Positions 56,741 to 64,000 of a DNA stretch of 64,000 nucleotides are shown piece after piece. The translations under genes and the position numbers were made by a program. Source of the stretch: Candidatus Berkelbacteria bacterium (GTDB taxonomy: Bacteria; Patescibacteriota; UBA1384; JACPKC01). The notes below the pieces were generated by a model. It saw only the letters and a list, made by a program, of their open reading frames with translations. It was not told the DNA's origin and did no database searches. Where the stretch lies: the NCBI GenBank assembly GCA_016198415.1, contig JACQIO010000016.1:6084-70083 (forward strand). The letters are read 5' to 3'. How positions within the stretch are numbered: the first letter of the stretch is position 1; the number at the start of each line of letters is the position of its first letter.

Positions 56741-57991
56741 TTATGGAAGTAGTTGTTTGAAGAAATCCCGAGCTTTCCCGACCACCCCCTCCACATTGTC
56801 TAAGGAAAAGGATTTCGCGTGTGGTTCATGGGGCGTTTTCCCCTGAAGTCCCCAGAGAACCAAACCAACGCTGGTAGCGTACGTTGGGTCATCCAGCTTG
56901 TCAACGCTGCCTGCAAACTCCGTAATCGGCCGGCCAAGTTTGGCCGGCAGGTGGAGATTCTGCTTGGCCATCTCCACGAGGCCATGAAGCTGGGAACCGC
57001 CCCCGGTGAAGACGGCGCCGGCCGGGAGCGTCCCGTCCTTACCGATCTTGCGGAGCTCGTCGTTGACCATCATGAAGAGCTCGGAGAGGCGGGCCTCAAT
57101 GATCTCAGCAATGTAGCGGAGCTTGGGGCGCTCGAGCTCGCTCGGATCGATGGTGGTCAGGTCGATCGTGTCGATGTCACGGACGTCTTCTTTCAAGGCG
57201 GTGCCGTACTTGATCTTGATCGCCTCTGCTAGATCGATGGAGGTCTTGAGCCCAATCGCAATGTCGTTGGTGATGTGCATCGATCCAACCGGCAGGACCG
57301 CGGCGTGGACCAGATCCCCTTCCTCGTAGACCACCACGCCGGTGGTCCCCGCGCCAATATCAATGAGGACCACCCCGCTCTCACGCTGCCGTTTCGTCAA
57401 GAGCACCTCGGCGGTGGCGAGTGGCGAGAAGACGAGCTGGTCCACCTCCAGCCCGGTCTGATTGACGGCTCGGAGGGCGTTCTTCATGGCTGGTGACGGG
57501 CAGCTGACCACGTGTGCTTCCACCTCCAGGCGAATCCCTGTCATCCCCACTGGATCGACAATCCGATCCTCCGCATCCACCGTGAACCACTTGGGGAGGA
57601 CATGGACAATCTCTCGATTAGCCGGCATCGCAATCGCTCGGGCGGCTTCAATGACGCGGTCAACGTCCTGGGCCGTGATCTCGCCGTCCGGCCGAGAAAC
57701 GGCGATGACGCCTTTGGAGGCGATGCTTTCCACCTGAGCGCCACCCAGTCCAACGATGGCGTTCTTGAGGGGCTGTCCAGCGGTGCGTTCCACCTCCTCA
57801 AGGACGGCTGAGATCGACGAGACCGTTTCCTCCACGTCCACCACCTGTCCGCGCCGGAGTCCGGCGTTCGGCGTCTTGGTCATGGAGAGGATCTCTATGC
57901 CACCCTCGGCATAGTGTCCCGCGCAGGCCGCAATCTTCGTTGTCCCAATGTCGAGTCCCAGCACAATGTTCGATTGGGCCATGGGTGCCAA
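56741..57991 (-). CDS. ftsA: Cell division protein FtsA
   Basis: Actin-fold motifs (LDIGTTKIAA, DIGAGTTGVVV). Confidence 0.9.
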   Translation of the reverse strand: MAPMAQSNIVLGLDIGTTKIAACAGHYAEGGIEILSMTKTPNAGLRRGQVVDVEETVSSISAVLEEVERTAGQPLKNAIVGLGGAQVESIASKGVIAVSRPDGEITAQDVDRVIEAARAIAMPANREIVHVLPKWFTVDAEDRIVDPVGMTGIRLEVEAHVVSCPSPAMKNALRAVNQTGLEVDQLVFSPLATAEVLLTKRQRESGVVLIDIGAGTTGVVVYEEGDLVHAAVLPVGSMHITNDIAIGLKTSIDLAEAIKIKYGTALKEDVRDIDTIDLTTIDPSELERPKLRYIAEIIEARLSELFMMVNDELRKIGKDGTLPAGAVFTGGGSQLHGLVEMAKQNLHLPAKLGRPITEFAGSVDKLDDPTYATSVGLVLWGLQGKTPHEPHAKSFSLDNVEGVVGKARDFFKQLLP

Positions 57992-58144
57992 CTCCTCTTC
58001 TGGAATGCGTAGGCTCAGTATACCCAGCGGTTTGAACGAGTGACAAGTTTTCTGCGGTGAGTCGCTCGGGTGTGGAAAACTTTCTCTCCTGAGCGAGGTG
58101 CTATAGTATGTCTTAAGTAGTTCAACGGTGCGAGGAGGTCATGA

Positions 58145-58348
58145 ATGGAAGATCCACTCCAGAGTCCTCAAGCGGTGCCAGCGAGTTCGCCAGTCCCAGC
58201 CGATCCAGCCATGCCGGCTGATCAGCCATTGCCGGCGGCCCCGCCTCCCGCCATGCCGGAAGAGCCAGCTCCGGCGCTGCCGGCCGATCCAGCCGGTCCT
58301 ATGCCAATGCCGGACCCACTGCCTGGCCAGGGCGACCAAGCGGCGTAG
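58145..58348 (+). CDS. Small Pro/Ala-rich ORF (67 aa), uncertain
   Basis: SD GAGGAGG 6 nt before ATG, followed by a hairpin terminator. Very low complexity. Confidence 0.3.
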   Translation: MEDPLQSPQAVPASSPVPADPAMPADQPLPAAPPPAMPEEPAPALPADPAGPMPMPDPLPGQGDQAA

Positions 58349-58377
58349 TTGCACGTTCGTTGAAGGTATGACCACGA

Positions 58378-58412
58378 GTGGCCCGGTTTCACCGGGCCAC
58401 TCGTCTTGTGGA
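58378..58412 (+). terminator. Intrinsic terminator GAGTGGCCCGG-tttca-CCGGGCCACTC + GTCTTGTGG
   Basis: Perfect 11-bp stem. Confidence 0.5.
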
Positions 58413-58489
58413 TAGATATCGAACGGTCGTGATCTGTCTGTGATACAATCAACAAAAGTAACCATCGTACTCGTACAAAGGAGGGGCAG

Positions 58490-59122
58490 ATGGATCCACG
58501 GAAAGTCACGTTGCTTCGCAGCGTGCTCTCACTCGTCGCCGTCGTAGCGCTCGGCGGTGGCGTCACCTACGCGTTGTTTACCAGTAACCAGGTGACGGTG
58601 TCACAGACCCAGGTCACCACGGGAAGCGCAGATCTGAAGATCTGCAACTCCCTGAACTCAACGCCGGCTGGATCGAATACCTGGAAGACCTCGGTCTCAC
58701 CACTGATCAACTTTGATGGAATCAGCCCGGGTGACTCCGATGTCGATATCTCGACTGGCGTCTCAATCTACGTTGGAAACGACGGCGGACAACTGCAAGA
58801 TAATCTGGGGGCTGAGTGCAATTCCTACGATGCGACCGTAACTGCCGGCAGCTCGACCGTCGACATGAAAATGGTTCCAGTCGTGACCGCAACCAGCTGC
58901 CCGAACCTCTCAGGAGATCTCCAGCTACGGTTCGGCTTTGATGGTACGTTCACAGCGTATAAGACGATCACGAATTGGGGCACGAACACCAGTGCGCTCG
59001 GTCCAACCTTTGCTGTGGACGATGCCAAGCTTCTCGCCATGCAGGCCAAGCTTGCCAACGGAGTCACCCTCCAAGACGAGAACTGCACCTTCGACGTCAA
59101 CTTCACGGGCGAACAGGTCTAA
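58490..59122 (+). CDS. TasA/camelysin-family (SipW-cognate) secreted protein
   Basis: N-terminus LSLVAVVALGGGVTYALFTSNQ matches the SipW-cognate signal (..LGGGTxAxFxD). 210 aa beta-rich. Confidence 0.75.
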   Translation: MDPRKVTLLRSVLSLVAVVALGGGVTYALFTSNQVTVSQTQVTTGSADLKICNSLNSTPAGSNTWKTSVSPLINFDGISPGDSDVDISTGVSIYVGNDGGQLQDNLGAECNSYDATVTAGSSTVDMKMVPVVTATSCPNLSGDLQLRFGFDGTFTAYKTITNWGTNTSALGPTFAVDDAKLLAMQAKLANGVTLQDENCTFDVNFTGEQV

Positions 59123-59179
59123 CTCACCCTAGGTAGAGTCCCGATTCTCGATCGGGACTCTCTCCTGTGGTGAGGTGCG

Positions 59180-59716
59180 ATGCGTATACTTGGATCCATC
59201 GTCAGTAGTCTGAGCTGGGTGATCCTCGGGATCGCGCTGCTCGTTGCCCTCTCCGGCCTCCCGATCCTGCCCGGTGGCTACCGCACGATGGCGGTAGTGA
59301 GCGGTTCGATGGAGCCAGCCCTAGCTGTTGGGAGTCTGGTGCTGACACAACAAATGCCTGATCCTAGTCTTCTCAAGATCGGCGATGTGATTAGCTTCCA
59401 GCAACCTGGGGCACCCGATCGGATCATTACTCACCGGATCGCAAGCATCGAGACGGTTGGGGCTACCCAGTTCTTTCGCACTCAAGGCGACGCCAATCCC
59501 ACGCTCGATTCGTGGAAAGTGAGCTATGGCCAGATTGTTGGCAAGGTCGTCCGCGACGCTCCCAGTCTTGGGTCTCTCATGCAGGCGCTTCGTACGCCCT
59601 GGGCAGTTGCAACCTTTGTCTGGATCCCAGTTCTCGCTCTTGCCTTCCACGAGCTCTACAAGATTCACACAATTCTCATGGAGCTCCAGCTGGAACATCG
59701 ACGGAGTCTCGCATGA
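59180..59716 (+). CDS. sipW: Signal peptidase I, archaeal/SipW type
   Basis: Catalytic VVSGSMEP box, TM anchor at both ends, 178 aa. Confidence 0.85.
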   Translation: MRILGSIVSSLSWVILGIALLVALSGLPILPGGYRTMAVVSGSMEPALAVGSLVLTQQMPDPSLLKIGDVISFQQPGAPDRIITHRIASIETVGATQFFRTQGDANPTLDSWKVSYGQIVGKVVRDAPSLGSLMQALRTPWAVATFVWIPVLALAFHELYKIHTILMELQLEHRRSLA

Positions 59717-60933
59717 CACTGCGGGGTCGGGCGTTATTGATTGGTGCTGCAAGCTTTGCTCTGACGGTCGTGGCAGGACACGCGATCGCTGCCTTTCTCG
59801 GTAACACCGTTATCATCACCGGTATTTCCATTACGACGTCAGGCGGTCCACTGATCTTCGCGGCTCGGCTCTTACCGACTGCCGATACCAAGCTTGTCGA
59901 GAGCGGACCAGATGATAACTTTGGTGCGGCGGACAATCTGTACGTCAGCTCAAAGGTTGGACGCAATGAACGGTCGTTGTTCCGGTTCGATCTGAGTGTC
60001 TTGCCGGCCAGTGCCAGTCTCCAAGCCTGTTCCCTCAATCTCTGGCTTGATGGTGCGCCGGGACGCGGGAGTCGCGATCATGCCGCGTACCGATTGAGCG
60101 ATCATGAGATCGACTGGGGTGAGGGCACGCACATCGGGACAGGGGCTGATCCGGGCGAGAGTAGCTGGGACTGGTTTGCCCAGCCGAACGCCTGGACCAC
60201 GCCGGGTGGTGATCTGGCAGCCACACCAACCGATACCATCGCGACCGGTGAGGAGAGCAACGTCTGGAGGGCCTGGAATGTCTTGCCGGACTGCGATCAG
60301 CTCCAAGAGCGGTCGTGGCTCGTGCGCGACACGGTCGAGGACGCGAGCGACACCCACCGCGCTCGGTACAAGTCCAAGGAAGAGACCCTCACGGAAGAGG
60401 ATCCCTATCTGGCCGTCTCGTTCAGCGCCGATCCGGCAACCACCGCCCACGTGGTGATCAACGAGGCCTTCTACGACGTCAGTTCGGGGCAGGGATCGGA
60501 GGGTGACAACGAGTGGGTTGAGCTCTACAACCCAACCGCTACCCCAATCGATCTAGCGGGTTGGCGGCTCTGCGACAGTCAGTCCTGTGTGATGGTTCCG
60601 GCGGGCACGATCATTCCCGCGACTGAGTTTCTCGTGGCAACGCCCAACGCCTCAACGTTCGATTACTGGACCGTCCCGGCCAACCGGCAACTCGTCTTAG
60701 GCGTGGATGAGATTGGGAATGGTTTGAGTAACGGCAGTGACGCGGTACTGCTGAAGGATGCGAGTAGTGTCTTGGTTGATGCGATGAGCTACGGAGGCAA
60801 CACGAGTGCGTTCAGTCCGTCGGTACCCGGCGTCGACCCAGGCTGGTCACTCCCCCGTCTCATGCCTGGTCACGATACTGACCAGGCCACTGACTTCTGG
60901 CCGAATCCCGATCCAACTCCTGGCACGTTGTAG
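59714..60933 (+). CDS. Secreted DNRLRE-domain plus lamin-tail-domain (LTD) protein
   Basis: DNRLRE-type NLYVSSKVGRNERSLFRFDLSVLP. C-terminal LTD HVVINEAFYD...GDNEWVELYNPTATPIDLAGWRLCD. Signal peptide. Confidence 0.8.
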
Positions 60934-60952
60934 ATGAAGCTGAGCTCGCCGC

Positions 60953-61690
60953 TTACTGACCAAAGTTGAGATCGATCTTGACCTTCCCGTGTTTGACGTC
61001 GCCAACGTCTTGATCCTCAGTGTCTCGGATATCGTTGTTACCAGCGTTGACGTCCTCGTCAACGTCTTCGTCAAGATCATTGTCAGTGTGCTGCCTGACA
61101 CTGACGTCACGGTCAACATCGACGTTCGTTTGATTGCGTGAGCCGTCGAGCGTGCCAGCGTTCTGAACGCTGATGGAGATATCGTCAGAGACCTTTAAAG
61201 ATTCAACCGGTACTGCTTGGCCGTTGACCGTGACCTCGGTGCTGCGCGCCTCACGGCCGGCTGAGTCCTTGACCTGGATGGAGACGGATGCATCCTCGGT
61301 CATGCCACTCACACTGCTCGCGCTGGCCATTGCCGGTGAATCGATCTGGATGCTCGTGGTGCCGGTTGAGCGATCCAGAGTGCCCGCTGCCGGTGGCGCG
61401 CTGGCCCCGCTTCCCGATGAGGCCTGGGCTTCCACGGAGACATCCACCGTCCGTGACTGATCTAATTCTGCGGTGGTGGTGGTTGCTCCACTGGCCGTCG
61501 GCGTTCCTCCGTTTGGGGTAACCTCAACGGCTTGACCGTTGAGGGTCAAGCTGACGGGCGTCGCCTCGGCTTGCATGCTCGCCACCTGACTGGCCGACCA
61601 GCGCGCACTCATAGCAATCACCGCCAGGGCCAGGAGACCCAGGACCAGCGGCAGTCGCTCAGATGGGATGGTCAGTGATGGGCGTTCCAT
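60953..61690 (-). CDS. Secreted Ser/Thr/Asp-rich hypothetical protein (start at MERPSL signal peptide)
   Basis: Signal peptide, repetitive VxV(S/D) segments. Convergent with the SipW cluster. Confidence 0.55.
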   Translation of the reverse strand: MERPSLTIPSERLPLVLGLLALAVIAMSARWSASQVASMQAEATPVSLTLNGQAVEVTPNGGTPTASGATTTTAELDQSRTVDVSVEAQASSGSGASAPPAAGTLDRSTGTTSIQIDSPAMASASSVSGMTEDASVSIQVKDSAGREARSTEVTVNGQAVPVESLKVSDDISISVQNAGTLDGSRNQTNVDVDRDVSVRQHTDNDLDEDVDEDVNAGNNDIRDTEDQDVGDVKHGKVKIDLNFGQ

Positions 61691-61766
61691 TGCCACCTCC
61701 TCGCCCCTTGACGCTCTTACCCTTGCACAGTTTCTCGTGGCGTGCAAGTGGATGGTTTCCAAGGAC

Positions 61767-62306
61767 TCATTTTACGGTCGAGAAGCGTCGAATGGTCTGC
61801 CTGATCTCATCAACAATCCCGTGAATGCAGGGAAGCTCCTGGGCCTCGCCTTCGTTCGCCCAGACGTAGTCAGAGAAGCTCCCCATCTCGAGCTTGACGT
61901 CGCCGCCGGCGTACTCGGCAGCGAACTTGACGAGGATTGCCGGCACGCCGTCGGGGCGGACGTAGGCGACACTATTGAGATACGCCAGCGACCGAGAGAT
62001 CGCAATCCCAGCCTCCTCCATCGCCTCTCGACTCAGAAGATCCTCAATGGCGTTCGGGAAGTCGATCACGCTCCCATTCATTCGGCCGGGGTGTGCCAGA
62101 TCGTAGTCTAGCCACTCAAACTTCCCCCCAATCACGCCGTACTTGCCTGGGTGAACGATCTCTCGATCATGCCGCTTGAGCAGGAGGCAGCGCCCATCGG
62201 AACGCCGGTAGACCACCACGTTGGCCACCACATAGAACAGCTTCTCTGTCTTGGCCTGATCGATCGAAATTGCCTGAGCGGGATGCTGGACTACGGTGTC
62301 TGCCAT
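61767..62306 (-). CDS. NUDIX hydrolase
   Basis: Nudix box GGKFEW...REAMEEAGI. Confidence 0.8.
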   Translation of the reverse strand: MADTVVQHPAQAISIDQAKTEKLFYVVANVVVYRRSDGRCLLLKRHDREIVHPGKYGVIGGKFEWLDYDLAHPGRMNGSVIDFPNAIEDLLSREAMEEAGIAISRSLAYLNSVAYVRPDGVPAILVKFAAEYAGGDVKLEMGSFSDYVWANEGEAQELPCIHGIVDEIRQTIRRFSTVK

Positions 62307-62710
62307 CTTCCCTCCTGATCGTGAGCATGTCCAAGGAGATGTCTCAAGCCATGCCCGGCTAGGCCAAGTATCTCAGCTGGTGTGGTCGCACCAAAGTGAC
62401 CAACCTGCCGCCTGGCTTGCTCGAGTGAGATCACGATCGTGCCCAGGTGACTCGGCTGGTCCGATTCTGGCACCACCCTCCCGTGCTCCGTGTCGATCGT
62501 GATCGGGAGACTCAAGACATCCGTCGTTGTATCCTTGCCCCGATGTTGGTGATTCAGCACCCTCATACGTTCATCGGTCGTGAGCAGTATCTCGACCATC
62601 GCCTCACTCGATCCCCACTCATCGAACGTTCGCTGAAGCACTAAGCGCAGCTCCTCGGCTGGGATCGGAGACGGGACGTCCTCAATGAGTTCAACGTGGA
62701 GCGTGGGCAT
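62291..62710 (-). CDS. ybeY: rRNA maturation endoribonuclease YbeY
   Basis: Zinc motif HGLRHLLGHAH (H..H....H). Confidence 0.85.
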   Translation of the reverse strand: MPTLHVELIEDVPSPIPAEELRLVLQRTFDEWGSSEAMVEILLTTDERMRVLNHQHRGKDTTTDVLSLPITIDTEHGRVVPESDQPSHLGTIVISLEQARRQVGHFGATTPAEILGLAGHGLRHLLGHAHDQEGRWQTP

Positions 62711-63668
62711 GGCGGGCGTGCTTCACAATTGGCTGGGCTGGGTTGGGATAGGCAATCCGCTGGTGATGCATCGACTGAAGCGTTCGGATGAAGCTTTCCT
62801 TGATGGCGGCCACATCCTCATCGCTGAGATCGGCGAGATCGAGCTGGCGGTCCGCGTGCTTAATCCGAACCGCCTCGTCAACCATCTCAGCGAGCCGGGC
62901 CTTGGTGGGTTGCTTGACTGCTCGGGCCAGCGACTCCACGGCGTCGGCGAGCATAACCAGGGCCGTCTCCTTCCGCATCGGTTTTGGCCCTGGGTAGCGG
63001 AAGTCGCGCTTGTAGACACCTCGACCTCCCTGGAGTTGCTTAGCCTTTTGGTAGAAGAAGTAGACCAACGTGGTCCCGGCGTGTTCGGGGATGAACTGGA
63101 TGACCTCCTTGGGGATCTGGTACTGACGGGCCAGGTCCATGCCGTCAATGATGTGTTTGATGATGATGCCCGCGGATTCTTGGGGGGCGATGCTGGCGTG
63201 AGGGCTCTTCGCCTTCCCCACAAGATTCTCGATAAAGTAGGTGGGATTCTTGACCTTGCCAATATCGTGGTAGTAGCCACCAACTCGGGTCAGGACCGCA
63301 TTCGCGCCAATCTCACGGGCGGCCTCATAGGCTAGATGGGCAACCGCGATGCTGTGATGGTAGGTGCCGGGCGCCTCCTTCTGGAGTCGCGTCAAGAGGG
63401 GGTGAGAAAGGCTCTCGAGCCGAAAGAGTGATCGATAGGTTCTGATGAGATTTTGGACGACGGTCGAGCCGGTCAGGAACATGGCCGCCAAGACGAGTGA
63501 GACAATGAGGGATGACAGGACGAGCACCCCGGACATTCCCAGCACGTCGAGCTGGAGAGACTGCCCAAGGAAGTACCCAGCCAACACCACTAGAGATACT
63601 ACGATCGTGAGAGAAGTAATCAGCAGGGCGGCGTATCCGGTTGGTCCAAGGGAGCGCACAGGATCCAC
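62691..63668 (-). CDS. Membrane-associated HD-superfamily hydrolase (PgpH/YqfF family)
   Basis: N-terminal TM helices, HD motif HDIGKV, classic neighbour of ybeY. Confidence 0.8.
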   Translation of the reverse strand: MDPVRSLGPTGYAALLITSLTIVVSLVVLAGYFLGQSLQLDVLGMSGVLVLSSLIVSLVLAAMFLTGSTVVQNLIRTYRSLFRLESLSHPLLTRLQKEAPGTYHHSIAVAHLAYEAAREIGANAVLTRVGGYYHDIGKVKNPTYFIENLVGKAKSPHASIAPQESAGIIIKHIIDGMDLARQYQIPKEVIQFIPEHAGTTLVYFFYQKAKQLQGGRGVYKRDFRYPGPKPMRKETALVMLADAVESLARAVKQPTKARLAEMVDEAVRIKHADRQLDLADLSDEDVAAIKESFIRTLQSMHHQRIAYPNPAQPIVKHARHAHAPR

Positions 63669-63675
63669 TCTCTGG

Positions 63676-64000
63676 TTAGCGTGAGAGCTGTTGCTTGACC
63701 AGGGCCGAGACGCGCCTACCGTCCGCTTTACCCCTCACCTCGGCCATGACGGCCCCAATCACTCTACCCATGTCTGCCATGGTGGTTGCGTCGGCCTGAC
63801 CGATGGCTGTCTGGACCAGCGTCTGGAGCTCTTCATCGCTCAGCTGGGCTGGCAAGTATCGTTGCAGGATCTCGGCCTCATGGGCCTCTTTGTCAGCCAG
63901 CTCGTCCCGCTTGGCAGCGCGGTACTGGTCGATTGAGTCCTGACGCTGCTTGACCTCTTTTTGGAGGACCGGGATGACCTCGCTGTCAGTCAGGGGGTGG
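63676..64000 (-). CDS. yqeY: GatB/YqeY-domain protein (5' end outside window)
   Basis: C-terminus ...MADMGRVIGAVMAEVRGKADGRRVSALVKQQLSR* matches the YqeY consensus. Confidence 0.7.
   Translation of the reverse strand, partial: HPLTDSEVIPVLQKEVKQRQDSIDQYRAAKRDELADKEAHEAEILQRYLPAQLSDEELQTLVQTAIGQADATTMADMGRVIGAVMAEVRGKADGRRVSALVKQQLSR

Noticed and set aside
1-64000. CRISPR arrays or cas genes
   Set aside because: No regularly spaced identical direct repeats with unique spacers. The only tandem repeats are heptad GTGAAAG arrays (too short, unspaced) and low-complexity coding repeats.

Overview
High-GC (~60%) bacterial chromosomal segment, gene-dense, mostly housekeeping genes. Recognised genes are recR (3' part), cysS, prfB, ybaB, pth, rplA, rplJ, rplL, a tRNA-Pro/Glu/Thr cluster, tgt, secDF, gmk, rmuC, pcm, trxA, nrdJ, nrdR, ftsZ, ftsA, ybeY and a yqeY fragment. 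Gene content suggests a small-genome, CPR/Patescibacteria-like lineage: a four-helix-bundle 'rRNA-IVS' protein, tandem T4CP-like ATPases, a SipW/TasA-like module, low-complexity insertions and extensions in core proteins, and salvage kinases. This is my inference from content, not a database result. Unusual content: (1) a dispersed family of hairpin-forming GTGAAAG/GTGAAAC heptad-repeat elements at six loci. One copy carries a four-helix-bundle protein gene in its loop, and others supply stop or start codons to prfB, nrdR and the cargo gene. (2) An IS200/RAYT-like Y1 transposase flanked by hairpins. (3) Two ORF-poor regions (about 0.9 kb and 1.7 kb) with near-consensus sigma70-like promoters and terminators, which may be ncRNAs or decayed genes. 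(4) A box-hairpin-box intergenic repeat in three copies, one just upstream of the tRNA operon. (5) Surface/secretion modules: a four-gene secreted-protein cluster with a shared QGQGQG-TIVPIVNN module and an LPxAG sortase-type signal, and a TasA-like/SipW/DNRLRE-LTD cluster. (6) Two tandem paralogous membrane-anchored type-IV-coupling-protein-like ATPases. Many long antisense ORFs in the supplied ORF track are GC-rich artefacts and were rejected.
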